Shown here: positions 13,274 to 27,200 of the stretch, piece by piece
How the letters are laid out: each line of letters opens with the position of its first letter
Numbering within the stretch: the stretch's first letter is position 1
Assembly: GCA_001179505.1 (NCBI GenBank)
Contig: CDMY01000325.1
Location: 55,893 to 119,892 of the forward strand
Source: Vitrella brassicaformis CCMP3155
Taxonomy: Eukaryota; Protista; Chromerida
Length of the DNA stretch: 64,000 nucleotides
Direction: 5' to 3'
Position numbers and translations under genes: made by a program
Notes under the pieces: generated by a model
Database searches by the model: none
Told to the model about the DNA's origin: nothing
The model's input: the letters and a program-made list of their open reading frames with translations, nothing else

Positions 13274-14289
13274 TACATGGTGCATATATGTGGTCCATCA
13301 CTGGAAGATTGATTTTCGGTAGCGAGTGGGTGCTCCAACCAAGCCACTCGCTGACCTTCCAATGATGACCGATCGGTGGACGGACGGACGGACGGACGGA
13401 CGGAGGGAAAGACAGACGGACGGAAGGACGGATCGATCTGCTCCCACATCTCCATATGCATACGATCTGCATCCTTTTTCCTCCTCCGTATGTATATCAC
13501 AGACAAGCACCGTATCTATCGCACTTTCTGCACATACGGGTGCAGGAGACTATCGGCAGTGAGGTGATGGGCCATTTGTGTCTGTCTTCGTGTCCTTTAA
13601 GGTGTCATATTCTCCTCCCTCCCTCCCTCCCTCTGTCTGTCTGTCTGTCTGTGTATGAGTTTGCCTGTGTGGTGTGTATGTACATATATGTCTACGTATA
13701 CATATGTGCTGTAGTGAGTTGTGTGGTGTGTTGGGAAGCGGGCCGCTCAAACATTGGGCTTGGCCCCTCTGACGCCCTCCCAATCGATTGAGCGTCGAGT
13801 GTCGGTTTTGATGTCTCTCTCAGTCAATCCATTCGTTGATGGATGCAGGCAGGAAGACAGACAGCTGATGATTCATTCCTTTTTCGATCCGTATACACAG
13901 TACAGGTACAATATCGTCCGTCCCCTCATTCTTCACTACTCGTGTCGTCCGTGTCCCTTCTTTCTTTACTTTCCTCACTGGTCTGTCTGTCTGTCTGTCT
14001 GTCTGTCTGTTCGCCCGTCTGCCTGCCTGCCTGCCTGTGCGGCGATCCGGCTGCTCGGCTGTCTGTCTTGTTTCCCCACTTTGCTGTTTACGTCCGCTTT
14101 GCTGGATGGCTGGCTGTGCAGTGTCGATAGATAGCAGCAGGTATGACAGGTATCAGATTCGTGCCGCGTGTGATGTGAGTGAGTGAGTGTTTTTGCGTGT
14201 CGTGTGCGGTGGCCACGTGATACATACGTGGCACGAGGAGTGTGCGAGCGAGACGAAATGCGAGTACCATACGGGGAGACTCAGCTCAG

Positions 14290-15669
<1,380 letters not shown>

Positions 15670-18310
15670 AAGCACACGTGTTACGTAATGCACACGCGTG
15701 TGTGTGTTCTCTGTGTGTGTGGTGTGTCAGTTCCCTGAGTGTCGAGTTGATGGCTGCTGGCCACGTGCCAACAACTTCGCCATCAACATGCCACGAGAAG
15801 TAGCGGTACGTCCTATAGCTAATCATACAGCCACACATCCGAGCGAGCGACCAGAGCAGAGCTGTCTTTTCGATCACTGCATTCACTCGTAATACGCATT
15901 TGCCCTCATGTCTGTCCGTCTCTCGCTCTCTCTCTCTCTGTGTGTGTGTGTGTGTTGTGTGTGTGTGTGTATGTGTGCAGGTATTGCTGATGGAGGCGAT
16001 CCAGTTGCAGCAGAGGTACAGCAGTGGGTCGCTGTCAGCCAACCAAGCACACAGGTGAGGGAGGGTGCGTGGGCAACACCCCCCACCCCCCCACACACTC
16101 ACTCACACCACCTGCCATGCCATCCCGTGTGCGTCATATGTGGCTGTCTGTCCGTCATCCTTTCCATCTGCAGGCGTGTGCGCCGTGTGTTTGAGGGCCA
16201 CAGTTTGGTTGCGCGCAAGTACGGTGCGGTGGTGTATCTGAAGGCCGTCAAGGAGTACCTCCGGCAGGCCGCTGCGAGGGTCATGTGCACGACAGACGAT
16301 GGTGAGTGAGTGAGTGAGTGAGTGAGTGCATGACACACGTACACACACACACACATAGATAGATAGATAGATAGCTACACATACATGTGTGTTACGTATG
16401 TGTTACGTATGTGTTGCTTGCTTGCTTGCTGCATGGCATGGCATGGCTGGCTGGGCTGCAGCGTTGTTGACCAGGTTGCGCGACGAGTGGCGGGCCCACA
16501 GCTGGAACATGACGATGCTCAGGGAGATCCTGATGGCCAACGAGGACAAGTTGGTCACCCCGCACGTCGACGCGTCTGTCGTCTTGTTGTGCCTCCACCA
16601 ATTCGGCCGAGAGGTCAGTCAGTCACCCTCGATGGATGGATGGATGCATGGACATTCTTACTTACACATACACACATACACAAACATCATGATCACACAT
16701 CGGTAACATCATGATCACACATCGGTGTGATCATGATATGTATGATGTTGTCACTCACTCACCAGGTTTCAAGGACCGTCAGGTCACCGCCCTGCTCAAG
16801 AAGATTGATCGCATCCTCGTCAAGAAGAACACCATCCAGATGCTCGTCGAACTGGGTAGGCACCTTACCTGCACACACGCCGCACCGCTGACACACACAG
16901 CAGGGGGCGAGGCCAGCCAAGGAGTGGATGTGATGTATCTATGTATGTGTGTGTGTGTTGCTCCGTGGTTGTGTATGAGCCGACACGCACGACCGAGCGG
17001 CAGGCGGCATCCAGCGAATCGACGGCATCGAAAGGCACTACGAGTTGACGGGCCTGCTTGGAAGGGGCGGGTAGGCAAGCATGTAGAGACACATCCATAC
17101 ACGATTATCGTGTGTATGGTATGGTATGCATGCATGCATTGTGTACGTGTGCGTGTTGTGTCTTGTGTCAGGGATGGCTGCGTACACTCGGCCATCCCCG
17201 TCGGTGGCTCCACGGATGCCGAGGTGGCCATCAAAACGATTCCCAAGAACACTGGAGAAGAGGCACAATGGTAAGACAAGAGCGCATGAACACGTGCAGT
17301 GCAGTGCAGTGCAGTACAGTGTGTTGTGTTGTGTTGTGTGTGTGTCTGTGTGTGCAGTGACGCTGCCGTCATATACGAGCGGCTAGCACGTGTCCCAGCC
17401 CACCCAAACCTCGTGCGTGTGCGGGGCGTCTACGAGACCGTCGACGCCATCCATGTGGCGATGGACAAGTGTAATGGACTCGACCTTGTGAGTGCATATA
17501 GACAGTGTAGTGTATGCAATCCAGAACTGCATGTCTGCCTGTCTGTCTGTCTGTCTGCGTGTGCATATGTGTGTGCACTTAGGCACACTTCGCCTTCGTG
17601 GACCACTGTGACCGTCCGATCGGCGAGGACCTCGTCAAGTCGATCATGCGGCAACTGTTCCAAGGACTGCAACACCTGCATGGCCACCAGGTACGTACGT
17701 ACGTATGCATATGCATTCATTCATCACATCCACGTGTGAAGACTGACCAACTGCACTGCAGCCACTCAATGCGATGGATGTGTGCATGCAGATTCTCCAC
17801 AGGGACATCAAGCTTCTGAACCTGATGTTCGACGGGCGGCTGGCGAGGCTCATCGATGTCGATCACGGCTTACTCCTCGACCGCCAGCCCGCATCCAACA
17901 TATGCTCCAAAAGCCACTGTCGTCGTCGGCACACCCAGTTTCAACGTACGTAGGCTAAGAGGGCCGGCTGCATATGTAAATAGACTGCCATTCGTGTGCG
18001 TGTGTGCCTATGTGTAGGCGCCTGAGACCTGGTTTGGCCGATATTCAGTCCAGAGCGACCTGTGGCAATGCGGCGTAGTCATGTACGTCACACACAACAC
18101 AAACACACAGGGATGTGCCGCATATGTATGTATGTATGTATGTATTTATGTGCCTGTTTGTTGTATGTGTGCGCACAGGTATGTGCTCTTGTGGAAGCGA
18201 TTCCCATTTCGCCCGCCGTAAGTGACACACATGTGTGAAGCCGGGCTGAGTGACAAACGATCCCTTTGTTTGATGTGTAACCTGTGTTGTGTGCGGTGCG
18301 TCTACACAGG

Positions 18311-18542
18311 CTGAGTGCGCGCGCGAGACGCTGCGTTGCCCCCATGCTGCAGAAGGACGAAGCTCAGCGGGCGATGGACCAGGCGACGTGTGATGAGAAG
18401 ACGCCTTTCGTGACAGCTGGCGAGAGCGAGAAGGAACGTGTCGGCTCAGAGCTGCCTGTATCGTCCTCAGCTGCCCATGACCCATCACCACATGGTCAAC
18501 AAACCCAGGCCAGGTAGCTGCATGGACGCACACACACAGACA

Positions 18543-18583
<41 letters not shown>

Positions 18584-18818
18584 GTGTGAGTGAGTCGGCG
18601 AGCACAAACAGCCAGAGAGAGAGGAATGCGTGTGCCTCCACTTATCTGTCTGTCCATCTATCGATCTACATTCATGTGTGTGTATCGTGTGTGGATGTCC
18701 CCCATGCAGGCCCAAAGTGGGGACTGCCTGAGCGTTGCTGAGGGCGAGTACTTTACGATCATCTATGCGGGGGATGCCAACGGCTGGTCGCGAGGACAAC
18801 TGGCGAGCGGCGCGGTTG
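18311..18818 (+). pseudogene. Foreign exons nested in the kinase intron, including a partial SH3-like exon (18710-18818)
   Basis: AQSGDCLSVAEGEYFTIIYAGDANGWSRGQLASGAVG resembles the SH3 consensus (ELSF..GE.I.V....GW..G....G..G). It has proper AG/GT borders but is not part of the kinase fold. Confidence 0.6.
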
Positions 18819-18889
18819 GTGAGCCACACACACAAATACGCACACGAAATGGCTCTTGGTTTGTATATCTGCAACCATTGGCAGTTGTT

Positions 18890-19054
18890 GGTCATGCTCA
18901 GGGATGGATCGCTACCTACATTTTATATTCGAGTGGCTCTTCCTCATTGCCCCCTGCACAGGCAGACATAAAAATTCAGTCACGTGCGTGGCGTGTGTGA
19001 GCGAGACAGAAAATTTTTGCGCGCATGCGATCTTTTTGATTCGATCATGGATGC
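18890..19054. repeat. Dispersed module copy A (core ggatcgct..c.acattttatattcg)
   Basis: Homologous to 20864-21055 over most of its length and to 21705-21757 over about 55 nt. Confidence 0.85.
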
Positions 19055-19808
19055 AGGCCCGAACGCGATGCTGGCCTGTTCCAGCAATACCTGTCTGACT
19101 TGGCCAAAGTACGCACAGTACATTGTGCATGAAGGCAGGCCTGCCTGCATGCATGCCTCCTCTATGTCTTTCTCTGTCGTGCAGGGACCGCCACTAAGTG
19201 CCGACATGTGGGCAGCGTCGCCCGACGCCTGCCGGCTGCTCATCTCCCTGCTCACGCTGGCACCGGACAGGGAGACACACACATATGCACGTCTGTGTAT
19301 GAATCTGTACATGTCGATCTGTCTGTCTGTCTGTCTCTCAGCAGGAGACGCCGAAAGCCATCCCGCCCATCATACAAGAAGAGATTCTGTTTGCGCATGT
19401 GTATGGTGTGTTGTGTTTGGTGTGTCTGTGCGCGTGCCGCAGGTTGATAGTGGTGTTGTTTTGCTGAAGAACTACGAGGTGATCCACCCCACAACAACAC
19501 ACGCAGTGACTGACCCAAAACAAGAACCACAAGGTGATCCATGGCTTGCCACACACCCGCACAAGTGGACCAGGTACCGACACACTCACTCGCATGCACA
19601 CAGACAACACGCAGACGCTCACTGACTGAGGCCGTGTGTATTGTGTTCTGGTGGCTGCAGTGTGTGGTCGGCTCCCTAGTGTTCATTGTCTAGTTGTGAT
19701 CGGCGCATCACGGTAAGACAGGTAGGGTACCAACACACATGCGGCACACACATGATGACCACACGCACGCCCTTGTGTTGCTGTGTGTGTTGTGTGCGTG
19801 CTGCTTGA

Positions 19809-20900
19809 AGATGGCGAAGCCATGGCCGAAGATGTTCATGGTTCCTGTTGGCGAGCAGCAGCCCATCGACAAGCTTGAGCAACGATTGCGCCCACACGAG
19901 AGCCGGAAGAAGATCTCCTACGACAAGGCCCTTGGAGTCACTGTGCTGTAGGACAGCCAACGCACCAAATACAGCGGCGTCAAGGACACGCGCCCAGACG
20001 GTAGGCGACTGGGAAGGCTGCATGTGCAGGCTGAATGCATCAATCAATTGTGTGCTTGATATGCCGCTGCTCTCGCCGCAGGTGCATAGAGAGATGTTCT
20101 TAAGGGGATAGGACAATGCAGACAGGCGACTACCCGGTCTGCCAGCGTACGGCAACGAGGGCGCCCCGTGGTGACCCTTCTGTTTCGCAACCGCCCGCAT
20201 CGCCACTACGAGATCCTGTACCCAGTGTAAACGAAGACACAACACACACACACACACGGCCGCACACACATAAGACCACTGGTTGCCTATGCAGATTGCC
20301 ACCAGGTCTGCTTCACGCCAGTCGAGGCCTTTGAGGGCGTGTGCTCCAATTGCCGCGTCTATTGCGTCTTGCGCACACGGGTAGGGACCGAAGTGACACG
20401 ACAAGGTGCCGTTGATGGTTGGTTTTGCGTGTGTTTCACTGCAGGACATGCTCAAGTGCATGCACCGATTCTGCGGGCCATGTGCCAAGAAGCTGTGGAA
20501 GAAGGGGAGGGGAAGGCCACACCACGACGCCTCCACATTGTCCGCCATTCTCGACTGTCGCTGCCTGCCTGCATGTTTGCTCGCTCAGGAACAGCTGGAT
20601 GGCGACGAGAAGCGCCCGATTTGTTTCCGGTCAGACGACGCCGTCGGGCAGTGGCACAGTGCCGACTCTGTTCCGGCAAGGAAGATGTGTTCAAGCTGAC
20701 CTGCTGCAAGAAGGTACGCCCATCTCTCTCGCCCATCTGCAAGGAGGAATGTGTGTGTTTGTGTGTGTTTGTGTGTCTGTGCAGCCCGGAGAGGGTGAGG
20801 GCAAGGGCGCGGAGCGTCAGCCGGAGGCGTCCGCATGGGCGTCCGACGTGGACGGCGGCGCCCGGCCATGCTCGCGCATGGATCGCTGCCCACATTTTAT
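19809..20900 (+). pseudogene. Decayed RING/zinc-finger protein gene fragment
   Basis: Spliceable exons with Cys/His clusters (CHQVC...CSNC, KCMHRFCGPC, CRLCSGKEDVFKLTCCKK). In-frame TAG at 19949 and 20109, and a frameshift near 20640-20660. Confidence 0.6.
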
Positions 20901-21055
20901 ATTCGGACGTCTCTTTCTTGCTGCCCCCTGCACAGACAGACAAGCACACATGCATTCAGCCACCTGTGTGGCGTGTGTGGTGGTAAGCGCAGCATCAAGA
21001 TGACCGAGCGAGACACTAACTTTTTGCGCACATACGATCTTTCTGCACGAATGGA
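20864..21055. repeat. Dispersed module copy B
   Basis: Shares catgctc..g.atggatcgct, acattttatattcg, gccccctgcacag.cagac, gtggcgtgtgtg and gagcgagaca...tttttgcgc.cat.cgatcttt with copy A. Confidence 0.85.
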
Positions 21056-21404
21056 CAAGCCCTTGATTCACGGCAGGGCCGATTCATGTGTAATTGGTTC
21101 GCGTTTATAATCTCTGTTCTCGTCCCACACTACTATCACCTCCTCCTCTATCATCTCATCCATCCATCCACACGCAACGCATGGCTGGATGGAACACATC
21201 ATGCGAGTTGTGTGGCTGCCTGGTGTGTTTGCTCCATTCAGCCATACTGCCCGACACCACACGAGCCTATCGCAGAGCCATCAAACAGCAACCTGCCGAC
21301 TGCTCCTCTTCCTTCAAGTGCCGAACAGGTGTGCAAGTTGCAATATGACTTAATCCTTGTCATCCATCTGTCCATCTTGATTGGTGCGTGCATTGATTCG
21401 TGCA

Positions 21405-21700
21405 GTTGCCCTCGAGCAGCAGCCACCCCCTCCCAACCAGCCAACCGAGGCCGAGGACGTGGCCGAGGATGACGAGAACCAGCCCGCCGACAGGGGTGAG
21501 AGACAGACGGCCCATATCGATCTCTCAACTCATCCATACCATACCAATTCATTTGGCCCTCAGGTGAGAGGCCCATGACCAGCGCGAGGCAGGTCATGTT
21601 GGAGTTTGAGGAGTGGGTCGGGCAGCGGCGGGCGCGCGCGAGGAGGCCGACAGCCGGGCCAAGCAGCCGACAGCAACAGCAGCGTTAGGAGTAGCAGCGG
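21405..21700 (+). pseudogene. Two acidic/Gln-rich exon remnants of an unidentified gene
   Basis: ALEQQPPPPNQPTEAEDVAEDDENQPADR with a gtgaga donor, then GERPMTSARQVMLEFEEWVGQRR... running into module copy C. No start codon or family recognised. Confidence 0.35.
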
Positions 21701-21704
21701 CGGA

Positions 21705-21757
21705 GGATCGCTGCGTACATTTTATATTCGAGTGGGTCTTCCTCTGGCGTCCCCTGC
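21705..21757. repeat. Dispersed module copy C (partial)
   Basis: ggatcgctgcgtacattttatattcgagtgggtcttcctc is nearly identical to 18906-18945. Confidence 0.85.
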
Positions 21758-22026
21758 GCATGTCTGCTCACAGAGGACACCTGGCCAGCCGATTGCCCCT
21801 TCGTGGTATCCCTTTGGCAGCGCCTTCAAAATGTCAGACATATCATGAATACTGACATTTTGATCTCTGCGCGTCTGTAATATCTGATTGACCACAGAAT
21901 GTCGCCGTCAACATCACCTCAAAAGAAACACATGCTTTTCCCCCCCCCTCTCTCTCCCCCGCTTCTTTCCATCTCTCTGTCTCTCGTTTGTCTTTCCATC
22001 TGTCTGAAATCTGTCGCACACTCGAA

Positions 22027-23684
22027 TCAGTGCGGCATCAGCACGGCGGTCTTTTTCTCAGCTTGCTGCTTGTGCTTGGCAGGCCCCGTGGCCACGAGCA
22101 GCTCGTTGAGGTCGAATTTCGTGTAGTCGCGGAAGTGGCGAACGGCGTAGGGCTGATGGAGGCATGCGTCGACGTTGATGTGAAAAGGCAGCACGGCAGG
22201 CAGGAGGAGTTTCGCGGCTTCAAAGGTGTCAATCTTGAGGCTGGGCAGGACTTTCTTTCTCTCGAAGGCCTGCAGCTTGCAGCACATATGCTTCCATTTT
22301 GTAAAAGGGGCACACAATGGAAGTTTCGTCTCACTTGCATCAGGCAGAGCAGCTGGTGGGCAACACTTCCATCGGGCCAATGCTCCGATGTCTGCTCGTC
22401 GTTCACACAACTTTTGACAGCTGAGCGCGCTCGCAGAGCCGACTTGTGAATCTTGAGGCCCTTCAGCTTCTGGTACAGCTTGCCTGCGCGCATCCTGACT
22501 GAATTAGGTGTCTCTTTGTCTTCCATCATCTTGAGGTTCGCTCCAGGGTGGCGAAAGCGCTGCTCGTCTTTGAGAGCTCTTGGATCATCTTTGTGCATGC
22601 CTGTTTGAAAGAGAGCAGACTTTGAAATGGCTGCTCAACGTTGTAGGAGAAGCCATAACGCTAAATACACACATAGGGGAGGGGTAGAGGCCTTGGTGTA
22701 TGCGTGTCTCACGTCTCTGTACGTTTGCACTTACCTGGTACCAGAACGCGTAGTTTTTCAGCATGTAGAGCTCTTTAATGCTGCTGTCATCATTCAGGCT
22801 CGCACCCTGTTTAGGAACGGACAGTCATGAGAAAACGGAATGAATCTGCACAGCACATGAATCGATGTGTCCACATCGTTACCTTGCAGCCCCAGTACTC
22901 TCCGAATTGGTCAATCCAGGTAAGGAGCACGACCAGCAGCCCAGATCCCGTGAGGCCCGAACTCTGGCGAGCAATGGATACAACCCAGCAGGGCTTGTCC
23001 GTCCGAATGGCGAGAGTGCCTGGCGCTTCATGATACATTGCGTTCAGGTCGAAGAAAATCTGGCCGTGCTCGAAGCCCGGCATTTCCTTCGGGCCGTGCG
23101 CTTCGATGTCGTCGATACCGGTCAGGCCCACCACCACTGCTTGCTTTCCTGAGAAGACCCGACGCCTGTATATATGCACGAAGGCATGCGTCAGGAGACA
23201 CGTCGGAAACGTATTTGGCATGTATGCCTTCGGTGCTCGGGAAAATGGCCTTAGACTTACAGTGACAAGTCTTCGGCGAATTCCTCAAAGCCCCAAGCAC
23301 CAACGCTAAATGAGAGCTTCATGTGACTGTCATTTAGCGGGAATTCAGGGGAGGCAGCTTTCGTCCTCAACTCCACTTTGCTCTGCAATTTTTCGGGAAT
23401 GCGAACGTGGCAAACTCTTTGCAGCTCTGCCGATTGATCTCCAGGCCTGTGCAGCATCCTCATGAACGGGACTTCAGGTGCCCTGCCAACACACATATGC
23501 AAGCATACATACGTATACACACAGACAGACAGACAGACAGGTGGACAGACGAACAGCTATGGATGCGGTCTTACGAATGCACACCATCTTGCCGTCTCAC
23601 GTACCTGCCCCAGCAGAGGGGGTCGTCAGCCTGGGCTGCGGCTCCCAACACTGAGAGCAACAGGAGGAGAAGAAAACCCGCCAT
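22027..23684 (-). CDS. Secreted protein with GNAT-like motifs; frame discontinuity near 22600
   Basis: Signal peptide MAGFLLLLLLSVLGAAAQA. Exons join in phase through GLTGSGLLVVLLTWIDQFGEYWGCK|GASLNDDSSIKELYMLKNYAFWYQ|RYGF. The downstream open frame (MHKDDP...) is offset by 2 nt unless a 20-nt intron is used. Confidence 0.6.
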
Positions 23685-24233
23685 TCTCCGTGCGTGGGGG
23701 CTAATGGAGACTGCATGCATTTTTCAGGCCGGGAAAGCTTCCTGGCCAACTGTCGGCCGCCTTGGTGATTAGAGCAAGAGGTAGCCAGAGGCCAACTTCG
23801 CAGCCAGACGCACTGTGGCCGATGCGAACGTGCTTTGACCGAGATATCCTCAGCGTCGAAGATCCATCCATCCACTGTTACAGCACGTCTACCCTCGTCA
23901 ACTTCAAAAGCGAAGAGTCTTCTCTGGCCGAGAATAACGTCTCTCAAAGGAATACTCTCAATGTACCCTTTCAGAGTATGGAATACATTGAGAGTATGGA
24001 AGAGGAAAGCTGCCCACAAACAGCAAGTCGCGGCGCGGGAACGCTCAGTTAGTTCGTCTATAATTTTCATCGGGACAGAAGCTACCCCGTACACATAGGT
24101 ACACACTTGACTGCTATCACCTCCTCCTCGATCTGCATCCACATGCCTCATCTCATCCATCCGTCCACACACAACGCATTGGACGAGCTTTTGCAGCTCT
24201 AAACGCATCACACCATGCCCATGCCTTCATAGG

Positions 24234-27200
24234 CTAGCTCGGCCGCTCTGTCTTGGTCTCCTTGACCTTCCGCCTCAGAAACCTGCACACACCGCACGAC
24301 AACATGCACACATACGCACAGCCCACGTGTGATCGATCCATCTGCTCTGTCCCCTCTCGGCACACAGGTAACTCACTCACTCACTCACCTCATTAGGGCG
24401 CTTCTCCTCGGTCTGACCAACACCTTCTTCTCCCCGCCCCCTGACGAAGCCTCATCCTGCCGAGCTGTCTCCTCGCCCATGTCTGCATCCTCCCAGCCGC
24501 CCACCTCTCCCTGGTCGTCAGCTGCCGCTGCTGCTGCTTGTGGTGGTGGCTCGCCTGCAGCTCCCCCCTGCTGCTTGACGCGCTCCTGGGCCTTCTCACG
24601 GATGTAGGACGCATACTGACGCTCGCGCTTCTGAATGCACGCGAGACGGGAGGGTGGAGCGGTGGGAGGGCAGGTGCGGGTGTGGGCGTGTTGTGTCTGT
24701 GTCTGTCTGTGTGTGTCACCGCTGCTCGTTTGCCGGCCTTTGATCGGCCGCGCATCTTTTTCTTGGGCTTTTTCTTCTTCTTGGAGGCGGCCTCCTCAGC
24801 TGCACGGACACGCAGATAGGCATCGGTGGACGGACGGATGGATGGATGTGTAAGGGCGGACGTGGTGGTCCGTGGTGGTTGCGTACCTTCTTTCCTCTGT
24901 TCCTCGAGGATGACCGCCTTGGGTGCGTCGTCGACCATGCCGATCCGCATGGGGTCGAGGGTGATCATGTCGGGCTGCAGCTTCTCCAGCAGATCACGCA
25001 CCTCCTTCTCGCGACGTTGCTGGCGCGACCGAGACCACACACAGAAAGAGACAGAGAGGTTAGTGGTTTGTGAGACGGGCGTTGGTTGGCCGGTCGTGTT
25101 CTTACCTTTTTCGTTTCGAATGGATTGGCTTCGAATGAGTCGAAGTTGGGGAGGCCCGCGCCAGGCACCACGAGTGTAGACACGCCTACACACACAGGGG
25201 GTCAATCGGCTGCAAAGCCACCAGACTCTGTGCCTGCCCATTCACACCGACCTGCAGAGTGTCCGATGGCGCACACGTCCTCGAACGGCCGGAACCGCAC
25301 GCACTCGATCGTCTGCACACCGCAGCACCGAGAGAGAACGAAGCCCATTTCATTCCCAACACATAGCATCAGCTTGCTGTTGTCTAGCTGCTGACCTACC
25401 TACCTCTCCGGGCAGGTCGTGTTCCATGTAGGGCATCTTGGGCTTGGCCGTCAGGGTGGCGTCCTTCCACACCTACAGCAAGACACCATATACACACACA
25501 GAGAGAGAAGGCCTTTCTGGCTGTCTGTCTGTCTGTCTGTCAGGGTACCTGCACATGAGGCCCGAATGCAAGACCCACAAGCCCCGTCTGGCTGAAACTC
25601 ACCCACGATGGGGGCGTGCCGAAATACCAAAAGTGATGCACCGGCTGAACAATCACACACACATCCCATGACAGCATCGACGCGTGTGTGGTGTGGTCGT
25701 CCCCCCCTCCCTCCTCCCTCAGCCACCTCGTATTTCCTAAGGTCCCATATGCGCCACTTGCCGTCGAGTCCCGCCGTGGCCATGTAGTTCTTGTGTATGT
25801 CCATTCCGGTCACCGCGCCCTTGTGACACAGCATCTTCACCACAGGCTGACACACACAACACACCCACAACACACACCATCCACACACAGCCACACATCC
25901 ACACCTACACCCACCTTGCCCATGTTAGGCGTCCACAGGGTGACGGTGCCATTGGTGTGTCCGAGGTGCAGCACGGCGTTCATCGGGTTCTGCCGCATGA
26001 CGCGGACCGGGCCCAGCTTCAGCTTGTGCGACGCCACCACCGCGCCCGTCGAGATGTCCCGATACCTGATGGATGGTGGACCACACACATCCCACACGAA
26101 CTCGTGGCCATGGCATGGTGCTGCTTGTGCTGACGTCAGCTCAGAGAACTCCCCGACAGTGCAGAGCAGGTAGTGGTACGGGAGGTACTCAAGACGATAC
26201 GTGATCTGCACACAAAGACGGGCGGTCATCCTTTCGTTCGGTGTGAGTGTGGGTGTGACGGGTGGGTGTCGCGTCACTGCTCAGTCACCTTGTGGTCTCT
26301 GAGGCAGTGCAGTTCGATGCCGTTCTGGTCGTAGATGTAGACGTACTTCTTCTGCGCTGCAGCGACCATCGTGTAGTTCTGCAGCACCTGCACCGCACGA
26401 ACCGTCTCACGGACCTGCACACAGAAAGACCCACATACTGTCAGATGGATGGCCCTGTGTGCTCATGTTGATGTGCATCTGTGTGTCGCACGTTGATATC
26501 GAAGAGGCTCTTCATTGTGTGGCAGTCCAGCAAAGCGATGTGTCCCTTCTCGCCACCAAACTGCAGGCACCACGCCCACACACAGACAGACACCCAGACA
26601 CATAGACGTCTCATGATGATCAGACATTCATCAGCCCACACCCACTCATAGACCCACCAGGAGGTGTCTGCCGTTGCGTGCGAAATCCATCGTGTAAGGC
26701 CCGTAAGACAGCCTCAGGTCAAACAGCTGCACACAGACAGACAGACAGACACCAGCACAACCACAGATGGCGTATATCTGAGCGCCCGGCTACCTGCCAC
26801 CCACCTTTTGCCTTGATCCCACATCTAGGTTGGCCTCAATGTCCTGCTGCGAGAACTTGTAGGTCCTCTCAAGAGGACCCTCGGCCTCCAGGTAACTGCC
26901 AGGGACACGCACAAACACATTCGTTCGTTCATTCAAATCATTCAGTCATTCACCAGCCCAGGCAGAGTCATGTGCTCATGTGCTCATGTGCGCGGCAGCT
27001 GACCCACCCAGGAGTTGAGGGCAGGAGTATCTCGCTGGCTGCCAGCCGCTTGACGCCCTCCTCGTCCAGCCGCTGCTGCAGACGCAACTCGCTCCGAAGC
27101 TTCTTGTCAGACACCCTCTGACACACACACACACACACACACACACACCCCCCAAAACAAAGGCAAACACTCATCGTTGCGTTCCGAATGGATGGATGGA

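Larger units (their letters stand above)
15731..19390 (+). pseudogene. Divergent CAMK/CDPK-like protein kinase gene with a frameshift and a foreign insert in one intron
   Basis: Exons give LLGRGG|DGCV, VAIK, HPNLVRVRGVYET, ILHRDIKLLN, IDVDHG (DFG equivalent), VVGTPSFN|APE, SDLWQCGVVM|YVLL, then SPDACRLLISLL. Exon 17792-17945 is 154 nt between two phase-0 junctions, so it carries a 1-nt frameshift. Confidence 0.8.

Noticed and set aside
23760-24211. 204-aa - strand ORF (MMRLELQKLV...)
   Set aside because: Overlaps the UTP7 3' flank and the leader of the secreted gene. No splice support or motifs; the real gene appears to start at 23684.
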